Positions 19,349 to 26,088 of a DNA stretch of 26,088 bases are shown here, in pieces. The position numbers and the translations under genes are program-made. The stretch spans positions 1 to 26,088 of IMG/VR virus record IMGVR_UViG_3300011339_000038, one strand, 5' to 3'. The stretch comes from a virus. Its lineage: Duplodnaviria; Caudoviricetes. How positions within the stretch are numbered: position 1 is the first letter of the stretch; each line of letters opens with the position of its first letter. The notes under the pieces are model-generated. The model did no database searches. It was not told the DNA's origin and saw only the letters and a program-made list of their open reading frames with translations.

Positions 19349-20228
19349 TATGATCGCAGAAGTGCGATCTTCGCTGGCAGGTTTTACTCTGCGTCAAGAT
19401 CGTATCTCATATCTGACCACTGCCATTAACACTACTGCTACAGCAATTCAGATTGGCTCATCAAGTAACCTTGCTAAAGGTATTGTTGAGATTGAAGATG
19501 AACTTATCTGGATAGATAACTTTGATAAGCAAAACAATACAATGAATGCAGCTCCTGGCTTTGGCCGTGGCTACCAGGGTACATCAGCTGCTCCACACGC
19601 AGTTAACTCACAGGTAATTCTTACACCTTCTTACCCACGCACTAACATCAAGCAGGCTATCAACGACACAATTAACTCTGTTTATCCTAAGTTATGGGCT
19701 GTTTACTCATACACATTTACCTTCAACGCCTCACAGGTTACCTACGCTTTGCCAGATGATGTACAGAATGTTCTGTATATGTCTTGGCAGACAACAGGTT
19801 CTAGCCGTGAGTGGCTACCACTGAAGAAGTGGCGTGCAGATCTTATGGCTAACGTGGCAACTTTCAACACACAAAAGACTATTAACATCTACGAGAACGT
19901 ACAGCCTGGTAGAACTATTCAGGTTTGGTATGCAGCAACACCACAGACTATGACATCTGGAACAGATGACTTCAGCGCAGTTACAGGATTGCCTGAGTCT
20001 TGCCGAGATGTAGTTACTTACGGCGCAGCCTATCGTCTGCTTTCATTTGTAGATCCTGGTCGTATCAACCTTACATCTGCAGAATCTGACCTTGCCGATA
20101 GCAAGGTTCCAGGTGCAGCAGGTTCTACAAACTCCCGTTACATCTATGCGTTGTATCAACAGCGCTTGCAGGATGAATCACTCAAACTATCTGACAAGTT
20201 CCCAATCCGTGTTCACTTCACCCGTTAA
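19332..20228 (+). CDS. Head-tail adaptor / tail tubular protein A-like
   Basis: AAGGAG RBS; N-terminal MATLNDMIAEVR helix, VTYALPDD, IQVWY and LPESCRDVVTYGAAYRL patterns typical of podovirus adaptors; carries an inserted beta domain. Confidence 0.68.
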   Translation: MATLNDMIAEVRSSLAGFTLRQDRISYLTTAINTTATAIQIGSSSNLAKGIVEIEDELIWIDNFDKQNNTMNAAPGFGRGYQGTSAAPHAVNSQVILTPSYPRTNIKQAINDTINSVYPKLWAVYSYTFTFNASQVTYALPDDVQNVLYMSWQTTGSSREWLPLKKWRADLMANVATFNTQKTINIYENVQPGRTIQVWYAATPQTMTSGTDDFSAVTGLPESCRDVVTYGAAYRLLSFVDPGRINLTSAESDLADSKVPGAAGSTNSRYIYALYQQRLQDESLKLSDKFPIRVHFTR

Positions 20229-20246
20229 AGATAAGGCAGCATAACT

Positions 20247-21239
20247 ATGACAAGAAAGTTCAGTTCAACTTCGGTTGCTACTACGCTTGCATCTGGAATC
20301 AATAGCACAGCAACAAGCATTGTTGTGGCAACTGGTACTGGTGCGGCTTTAATGGGTGGCGTAACGCTTGCTCCAGGTAATGTGGATTCATTTGCAATTG
20401 CTCTTGATGTAGATACCATCAATGAAGAAATCGTATGGGTCACCCAAGTATCTAGCGACACGCTAACAGTTATTCGAGCACAGGCTGGAACAACTAATAT
20501 TGCTCACACAGCAGGTGCCACAATCAAGCACGTGCTTACAGGTGATGACGCAACATTCTTTACAACAGGTGTGGCTACTGCAAATGCAGCAATTCCTGAA
20601 TCTGTAGTAACAGCAAAGGCTGACTTGTTAGTAGCAAGCGCATCTGGAGTTGTAGACAACCTTGCTGTTGGAACAAATGGACAGGTACTAACTGCTGACT
20701 CAACACAAACTCTTGGAGTCAAGTGGGCCACAGCAGCTTCTGGCTACCAGCAACCAACTATTGGATCAACTGCAATTCCATCTGGAACAACTGTTGCTAC
20801 GATTGCTGGATTAACGCTTACATCACCAACACTAAACACTGGGTATAACGTTTCTCCAAAGGAGAAAACTACAGTCTCAGTATCAGGTGCTACGGGAACA
20901 GTTAATTTTGATGTACTAACACAAGGTGTTTTGTACTACACAGCAAATGCTTCAGCTAACTTTACTCTTAACTTCAGAGGAAGTTCTGGGACAACACTAA
21001 ACTCTTTGATGAGCGTAGGGGATTCTTGGTCTGTTGTATTTATATGCACTAATGGTGGTACTGCTTACTACCCAACAGTCTTCCAGATTGACGGATCTGC
21101 AGTAACGCCTGTTTGGTCAGGTGGAACAGCACCATCTTCTGGTAACGCATCATCTTTGGATGCTTATACATTTACAATTATTAAAACAGCATCAACTCCA
21201 ACATATACCGTACTAGCAGGACAGGCGAGGTTCGCATAA
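20247..21239 (+). CDS. Tail fibre protein (330 aa)
   Basis: N-terminal anchor (EEIVWVT...LTVIRAQAGT...HTAGATIKH), shaft motif KADLLVA...LAVGTNGQVLTADS...GVKW, C-terminal domain shared with the collagen fibre. Confidence 0.8.
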   Translation: MTRKFSSTSVATTLASGINSTATSIVVATGTGAALMGGVTLAPGNVDSFAIALDVDTINEEIVWVTQVSSDTLTVIRAQAGTTNIAHTAGATIKHVLTGDDATFFTTGVATANAAIPESVVTAKADLLVASASGVVDNLAVGTNGQVLTADSTQTLGVKWATAASGYQQPTIGSTAIPSGTTVATIAGLTLTSPTLNTGYNVSPKEKTTVSVSGATGTVNFDVLTQGVLYYTANASANFTLNFRGSSGTTLNSLMSVGDSWSVVFICTNGGTAYYPTVFQIDGSAVTPVWSGGTAPSSGNASSLDAYTFTIIKTASTPTYTVLAGQARFA

Positions 21240-22090
21240 TGGCACCACTATTAACAGGTTTTCCTTTTAGCGCAGGAGGAGCGACACCTCTTGCAACAAT
21301 AACAGGAACCACTGGTTCCCCTACAGTTGATACAACGTCTCGCCCTGGTAAAACTATTTATTTATTTAACGGCTCAGGTTCAATCACCGTTGGTGTTGCA
21401 GGAACCTGCGAAATTTTAGTTGTTGCTGGTGGTGGCGCGGGTGCTGGAACTACAAGCACGACATCTCCTGGTGGTGGTGCAGGTGGCGTTCTTTACAACG
21501 CAACAGCTTATTTAACTGCAGGCACACAAACTATTACAGTTGGTGCTGGTGGTACTGGTGGTGGTAGTAGCGGTTTCAATTATGCAGGATTTTCTAGTGC
21601 AATAGGTGCAAGTTCAAATTATGTTGCACTTTTTGGTGGTTTTCCTAGCCCTAACGTTGTTCCATATGGTGGCTCAGGTGCAGGTGGTATTTTTAATGGT
21701 GGCATTGGTGGAACTGCACTGTTGTCGGGTGCTCAAGGAAACAACGGAGGTAATGGATACGGTGTTAATAACAGCGCGTGCGGCGGTGGTGGTGGCAAGG
21801 GTGCTGTAGGTGGCACAGGAACAGCCAATACTGGTGGTAATGGTGGCGTTGGACAAGCGTACACAATTAGTGGAACAAGTGTTACTTATGCAGGTGGCGG
21901 TGGTGGTGGCGGTTACAATACTGCTGGTACTGGTGGCTCAGGTATTGGCGGCAATGCTGGATTAGAAGCAAATGGAAGCGCTGGCACTGCTAATAGAGGT
22001 GGCGGTGGTGGTGGATGTTCTGACATCAATGGTTTTGGTCGCAACGGCGGCAATGGCGGTTCAGGTCGAGTGATTGTAGTGGTGGGATAA
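21239..22090 (+). CDS. Glycine-rich adhesin-like fibre-tip protein
   Basis: LVVAGGGAG, GGGAGG, YAGGGGGG and GGNGGSGRVIV polyglycine motifs separated by variable loops; TAATG-coupled to the fibre. Confidence 0.75.
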   Translation: MAPLLTGFPFSAGGATPLATITGTTGSPTVDTTSRPGKTIYLFNGSGSITVGVAGTCEILVVAGGGAGAGTTSTTSPGGGAGGVLYNATAYLTAGTQTITVGAGGTGGGSSGFNYAGFSSAIGASSNYVALFGGFPSPNVVPYGGSGAGGIFNGGIGGTALLSGAQGNNGGNGYGVNNSACGGGGGKGAVGGTGTANTGGNGGVGQAYTISGTSVTYAGGGGGGGYNTAGTGGSGIGGNAGLEANGSAGTANRGGGGGGCSDINGFGRNGGNGGSGRVIVVVG

Positions 22091-22341
22091 TGGCACATTT
22101 TGCAAAAATAGAAGATGGTATGGTCAGTGAAGTAATTGTTGTAAACAATGAAGTACTGCTTGACTCTGAAGGTGTTGAACAAGAAGCGCTTGGCGTTGCA
22201 TTTTGCCAAGAACTATTTGGCGGTACTTGGGTTCAAACATCCTATAACGCAAGCTTTCGTGGAAGATATGCCGGTAGAGGAATGATCTACGACTCAGTTA
22301 AAGATGAGTTTGTTGTGCCTGAAGTACCAGTAACTGAATAA
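22090..22341 (+). CDS. Small protein accompanying the Gly-rich adhesin (MAHFA...WVQTSYN...FRGRYAG type)
   Basis: TAATG-coupled; 83 aa; possible chaperone or tip partner (inference). Confidence 0.72.
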   Translation: MAHFAKIEDGMVSEVIVVNNEVLLDSEGVEQEALGVAFCQELFGGTWVQTSYNASFRGRYAGRGMIYDSVKDEFVVPEVPVTE

Positions 22342-22353
22342 ATAAATACTTAT

Positions 22354-22389
22354 ACCCCTGAGCATTGGGTCTAAACTGCTCACTTTTTT
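22354..22389 (+). terminator. Probable intrinsic terminator whose stem can also form a compact pseudoknot
   Basis: TGAGCA 22359-22364 / TGCTCA 22377-22382 followed by C-TTTTTT; ACCC 22354-22357 can pair with loop GGGT 22367-22370. Confidence 0.6.
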
Positions 22390-22414
22390 ATGCCACAAAC
22401 AAGGGAGCAAGTAG

Positions 22415-24625
22415 ATGCCATACGGCGACGACATTACCGAAGGATTACCTTTTGTCCTATCCAATCCATCCGGTAACATCAATTACACAGCTACAGGCTA
22501 CGCCTATGACATTGCTATTGCTGGCTTGCCTTTCTTTATCTCACCACTAGATGACTCACCTTATCGACGTGTAACAGCTCAGTATCGTAAGCAGCAGATC
22601 GACCAGAGCCGCGAGCCTGGTGAACAGACGCTGACTGGTTGGTGGCTACGCAGCCAATCATCATTTCACTATGGACAAGGCATCAAGTTCTTTGAACCTA
22701 TCCAAGATGAGTCGCTTCGCTTTCAGTACACAGAGTCCAAGGGACTAGATGTCTGGACCAGAGGTCAGGCAACACTGCTGAAGAACTGCGATAGCCAGCA
22801 CGTGACCACAGGTGGCATCAGAACTGATGGCCGTCCGTGGCAGTTAATGCGTTCTATCCAATGGGATAAAGACAGCAACACCTACAACGGTGTTTTAATT
22901 GCAGATGAGTACGATGCAGATAAGGTCTTTCCTGCAATTACTGTATCCATTAACAACAAAGCTCTGACATCTAACGTAGCAACACTGACAACTACAGCAG
23001 CACACGGGCTATCTACAGGTATGCAGATCACTATTTCAGGAGTAGACGCTACTTTCAATGGCGAGTATCGCATCACTAGTGTTCCTACCACAACTACATT
23101 TACCTATGCAAAGACTGCATCTAACGTTACATCTACTGCGGTTAGTCCAGTAGGTACTGGCGTTGCTGAGATTATTCACTTCATTGACTACAACTCAGGT
23201 TCAGACTACCCAGTACACGCAATCTGCGACGATGGAGTCTATGCCTACTGGGTTACCAATGTGCTTAACACTGGAACTCCAAGACTAAGAGTCTACAAGA
23301 AGTTACTATCTGATGATAGTTCTGTATCGCCTACTCTGATGATTAGCGATAACGGAATTACTGTAACTAACGCTGTTATGGAATACACCAAAGAGCGTAT
23401 TGTTATGTGCGTCAATGATAAGGTCTATGAGTTTGCAACTAGCGCAACTACGTTGCCTACTGCTGTATACCAGCACAGAGATCCTGACCACGTATTTACT
23501 AGCATTACATCTAGCGGTGTGGCTATCTATATATCAGGCTACTCAGGTATCCAGTCAAACATCTACAAGTTCACACTACTAGAGTCAACAGGTGCTATGC
23601 CTACACTGACTCAGGCAATTACTGCAGCTGAACTACCAGTAGGTGAGATTACATTTAAGATCTCGTACTACCTAGGCTATATGGCAATAGGTACAAACCA
23701 AGGCGTACGTATTGCAGCCTTGTCAGACACAGATGGCTCTATCAACTATGGCCCATTGTTATTTGAGTCTACTCAGCCAGTCTATGACTTTGCATTCCGT
23801 GACAAGTTTATCTGGGCAGCAACAGGTGTAGAAGGACAGGTTGGCGTTACACGCATCAACCTAGGTCAAGAGATTAGTACTTTAATCTTTGCTTACGCTT
23901 GGGACTTGTATGACCCAAATGATGCACTAGATCATTACACAACAGCTTGTGCATTTATGGGAGATACCAACCGCCTTGCATTCTGCAACGCTGGTAACGG
24001 CGTAGATGGCACTATCTACATAGAGTCTGCAACAGAGTTAATCCCTAGCGGTTCTCTGCGTACAGGTTATATCCGTTACAACACACTTGAGGCTAAGATC
24101 TTTAAGCTGATTCAGCCACGCATTGACACCACAAATGGTGCCTTCAGTATGGAATCAATTACAGCAGAAGGCGTAGCCTTTAACATCGGTACATTCTCTC
24201 AAGGAGATACAGTGCCAGAGGTAAACATTAACTATCCAACTTCTGCTCAGCAGTATCTTGGCTTTAGATTTACTATGTCTCGTTCAGATGCAAACTCATC
24301 ACTAGGACCACTGTTTACTGGATACCAGGTTAAGGCTCTACCTGCTATTCCACGTCAGCGACTTATCCAATACCCAGTGATGTGCTACGACCACGAAATG
24401 GATAAGTTTAACAATGAGGTTGGCTACGAAGGCTCTGCTTGGGCGCGTATGTCACAACTTGAATCAGTAGAAAATGTTGGCGACACCATCAAGATTGAAG
24501 ACTTCCGTACAGGTGAGTCATATATCGGACTTATCGAAGAGATGGATTTCATCAACCGCACACCAACCGATAAGCGATTCTCCGGCTTTGGAGGATTGCT
24601 CCTAGTAACCATCCGGAGCGTTTAA
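22415..24625 (+). CDS. Tail nozzle / tail tubular protein B-like (736 aa, beta-rich)
   Basis: AAGGGAG RBS; beta-propeller-like composition, WWLRSQSSFHYGQG and SKGLDVWTRGQATL N-terminal motifs; size and position fit a podovirus nozzle. Function is inferred. Confidence 0.62.
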   Translation: MPYGDDITEGLPFVLSNPSGNINYTATGYAYDIAIAGLPFFISPLDDSPYRRVTAQYRKQQIDQSREPGEQTLTGWWLRSQSSFHYGQGIKFFEPIQDESLRFQYTESKGLDVWTRGQATLLKNCDSQHVTTGGIRTDGRPWQLMRSIQWDKDSNTYNGVLIADEYDADKVFPAITVSINNKALTSNVATLTTTAAHGLSTGMQITISGVDATFNGEYRITSVPTTTTFTYAKTASNVTSTAVSPVGTGVAEIIHFIDYNSGSDYPVHAICDDGVYAYWVTNVLNTGTPRLRVYKKLLSDDSSVSPTLMISDNGITVTNAVMEYTKERIVMCVNDKVYEFATSATTLPTAVYQHRDPDHVFTSITSSGVAIYISGYSGIQSNIYKFTLLESTGAMPTLTQAITAAELPVGEITFKISYYLGYMAIGTNQGVRIAALSDTDGSINYGPLLFESTQPVYDFAFRDKFIWAATGVEGQVGVTRINLGQEISTLIFAYAWDLYDPNDALDHYTTACAFMGDTNRLAFCNAGNGVDGTIYIESATELIPSGSLRTGYIRYNTLEAKIFKLIQPRIDTTNGAFSMESITAEGVAFNIGTFSQGDTVPEVNINYPTSAQQYLGFRFTMSRSDANSSLGPLFTGYQVKALPAIPRQRLIQYPVMCYDHEMDKFNNEVGYEGSAWARMSQLESVENVGDTIKIEDFRTGESYIGLIEEMDFINRTPTDKRFSGFGGLLLVTIRSV

Positions 24626-24828
24626 TGACAGCGCAAGACTACGCAACAGTAGCCGTTGCAGTATGCACAATTATTGGTGGCTTTGCTACAGCAGTTCGCT
24701 GGTTAGTAAAGCACTACCTCAACGAGCTTAAGCCCAATTCAGGATCAAGCCTCAAAGACTCAGTCATCAGACTTGAGGAAAAGGTTGAGATTTTATATCA
24801 GATTATTGTCCAAGAGGGAAAGAGATGA
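24625..24828 (+). CDS. Single-TM membrane protein of the lysis cassette
   Basis: N-terminal hydrophobic helix (ATVAVAVCTIIGGFATAVRWLV), ELKPNSGSSLKD motif and a short coiled-coil; directly upstream of the lysin. Confidence 0.65.
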   Translation: MTAQDYATVAVAVCTIIGGFATAVRWLVKHYLNELKPNSGSSLKDSVIRLEEKVEILYQIIVQEGKR

Positions 24829-24831
24829 ACG

Positions 24832-25284
24832 ATGAAACCTGTTGCAAAGAAAGCCACTCCTGCCGCTATTGCTGTACTGCGCCAGGCCACAGCGATATGT
24901 CCTTCTCGTATGAAAGCATCCGATGGACTCCTGCCATCACCAGCGCATATCCATCAGAATCCCAACAGTGACCACAACACAGGTTACGCAGTAGATTTAA
25001 CACACGATAAACTAGGTGGCATTGACTGCGCTGATTTGTTTATCAAGTTACAAGATGACCCACGTGTCAAGTACTTAATCTTTAAGGGACACATCTGGTC
25101 TAAGCAAAAGGGTACAGACAATTACACAGGTCCTAACCCGCACAACAAGCATCTTCACATCTCAATTAAAGACGAGTGTGGAGATGACACTTCCCCTTGG
25201 TTCCCTTGGCTGGGCAAACCAAAGGCTGTCAATAAAGTAAAGGCTAAGTTAAAGCCTCTACCTAAGAAGAAGGAGAACCAATGA
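24832..25284 (+). CDS. Endolysin, M15/LAS-type Zn peptidase
   Basis: SDHNTGYAVD (H-x6-D) and HNKHLHISI (HxH) zinc ligands; flanked by membrane proteins; basic C-terminal tail. Confidence 0.78.
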   Translation: MKPVAKKATPAAIAVLRQATAICPSRMKASDGLLPSPAHIHQNPNSDHNTGYAVDLTHDKLGGIDCADLFIKLQDDPRVKYLIFKGHIWSKQKGTDNYTGPNPHNKHLHISIKDECGDDTSPWFPWLGKPKAVNKVKAKLKPLPKKKENQ

Positions 25285-25469
25285 ACGCAAAGACACAAGC
25301 AGTACTCGCAACATATCTTCGTGCAGGAATCGCAGCGGTAATCGCTCTTTACCTAGCAGGAGAAACAGATCCAAAGAAGCTAGCAATGGCAGCAGTAGCT
25401 GCAGTTGCAGGTCCAGTCCTTAAGTGGCTAGACCCAAAGGCTACAGAGTTTGGTCGCGGTTCTAAGTAA
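25281..25469 (+). CDS. Holin-like protein (62 aa, two hydrophobic helices)
   Basis: AAGGAG RBS, ATGA overlap with the lysin; two short Ala-rich TM-like segments and a charged C-terminus (WLDPKATEFGRGSK). Confidence 0.7.
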   Translation: MNAKTQAVLATYLRAGIAAVIALYLAGETDPKKLAMAAVAAVAGPVLKWLDPKATEFGRGSK

Positions 25470-25489
25470 CCGATAGCGCGAGGCAACAC

Positions 25490-25527
25490 AGGAGGTCGGT
25501 CCCTACGGGGACCGGCCTTCTTTTTTT
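25490..25527 (+). terminator. Strong Rho-independent terminator ending the late operon
   Basis: GGAGGTCGGTCCC-TACG-GGGACCGGCCTTC (13 bp, cUACGg UNCG tetraloop) followed by T7; lies between convergent genes. Confidence 0.93.
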
Positions 25528-25535
25528 ATGCCGTT

Positions 25536-25835
25536 TTATTCTTTGTCTACAGGGCAGGGAACTGTAACGATATTGCCACAGTTAACGCAGGTAGCATCAA
25601 GGAAATACCAGACTAACTCGAAGTCATCAAAGCTGCACATAACGTTGAATACCTGAGAGCCACACGGACACACGTGGATAGGGCCAAAGGCCCTTAAATC
25701 GCTGCCAAAAGGCTCAGGAAGGCTATCGTGGCTACGTCGTAAGGATTGCAGGGTGAGTAGACGGAGCAGGCGGTAGGCTGTACTGTTGCTACCGCGACCC
25801 TCAAAGGGTCGCCGTTCCTGTTTAATTCGCCTCAC
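25536..25835 (-). CDS. Cys-rich putative zinc-binding protein (start uncertain)
   Basis: HVCPCGS and CVNCG motifs. GTG at 25835 lies 7 nt after a TACAAT -10 box (leaderless geometry). The N-terminal 20 codons overlap a hairpin and may be UTR. Confidence 0.68.
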   Translation of the reverse strand: MRRIKQERRPFEGRGSNSTAYRLLRLLTLQSLRRSHDSLPEPFGSDLRAFGPIHVCPCGSQVFNVMCSFDDFELVWYFLDATCVNCGNIVTVPCPVDKE

Positions 25836-25842
25836 GGCTCAT

Positions 25843-25898
25843 ATTGTAGTCTGACAGCTAAGTGTCGCAGGTGCGACACGCCGTATTGATGATAGGAT
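25843..25898. promoter_or_regulatory. Back-to-back promoters sharing a GTGTCGCA-gg-TGCGACAC palindrome
   Basis: + strand: GACAC 25875-25879, 13 nt, TAGGAT 25893-25898 (preceded by TGn), 6 nt, ATG 25905. - strand: GACAC 25866-25862, 13 nt, TACAAT 25848-25843, 7 nt, GTG 25835. Confidence 0.72.
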
Positions 25899-25904
25899 GC
25901 AGCT

Positions 25905-26088
25905 ATGACAACTATCGCAGGTATCCAAGGTATTGATTACGCTGTGCTAGTTGCAGACTCTCAGATCACAGAAGATAATCTCGTCACTCTAGCTACGAGT
26001 ACGCCTAAGATTGTCGAGGTAGGTAAGTTCCTCGTGGGTATCTCAGGTGATACCAGACCAGGTGACATCCTTTCGTATAACTGGAAAC
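25905..26088 (+). CDS. Proteasome beta-subunit / HslV-like Ntn-hydrolase (3'-truncated), not in ORF track
   Basis: MTTIAGIQGIDYAVLVADSQITEDNLVTLATSTPKIVEVGKFLVGISGDTRPGDILSYNWK...: after Met removal Thr1, Asp17-Ser18, Lys34 (equivalent to Lys33) and Ser46-Gly47. Frame is open to the window end. Confidence 0.85.
   Translation, partial: MTTIAGIQGIDYAVLVADSQITEDNLVTLATSTPKIVEVGKFLVGISGDTRPGDILSYNWK

Noticed and set aside
22338-22348. ATAAATA as a T4-like late promoter
   Set aside because: It is not a full TATAAATA match, does not recur in front of the other late genes, and the phage is not T4-like.
24825-24971. Nested 48-aa Cys-rich ORF (MNDETCCKESHSCRYCC...) starting in an ATGA overlap, out of frame within the endolysin
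   Set aside because: The Cys codons arise from frame-shifted Val/Ala/Ile codons of the lysin; there is no signal peptide or lipobox as an embedded o-spanin would need. Only conservation data could rescue it.

Overview
Virion morphogenesis and lysis module of a tailed dsDNA phage, probably podovirus-like (no sheath, major tail tube or tape-measure gene is recognisable). Almost all genes are on the + strand and tightly coupled. Order: 5'-truncated large terminase, portal, a block of large alpha-helical proteins (likely internal/ejection proteins), scaffold, major capsid protein, a run of very small Lys-rich proteins (several missing from the ORF track), a fibre-attachment protein, a Gly-X-Thr collagen fibre followed directly by two glycosyltransferases (GT25 and GT2-TPR), head-tail adaptor, second fibre, Gly-rich adhesin-like protein, tail nozzle-like protein, a three-gene lysis cassette with an M15-type peptidase, and a strong terminator. 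The window ends with divergent, apparently leaderless genes (a Cys-rich protein and a 3'-truncated proteasome-beta/HslV-like protease) whose promoters share a GACAC palindrome. This points to an actinobacterial host (inference). The most notable candidates are: (1) a collagen plus glycosyltransferase virion-glycosylation module; (2) a pseudoknotted leader in front of the scaffold/capsid genes that also keeps an open frame through the upstream stop; (3) a cassette of basic microproteins; (4) the symmetric GACAC-N13-TANNNT divergent promoter; (5) the phage-encoded proteasome-type protease. Family assignments come from motif recognition by eye; no searches were run.
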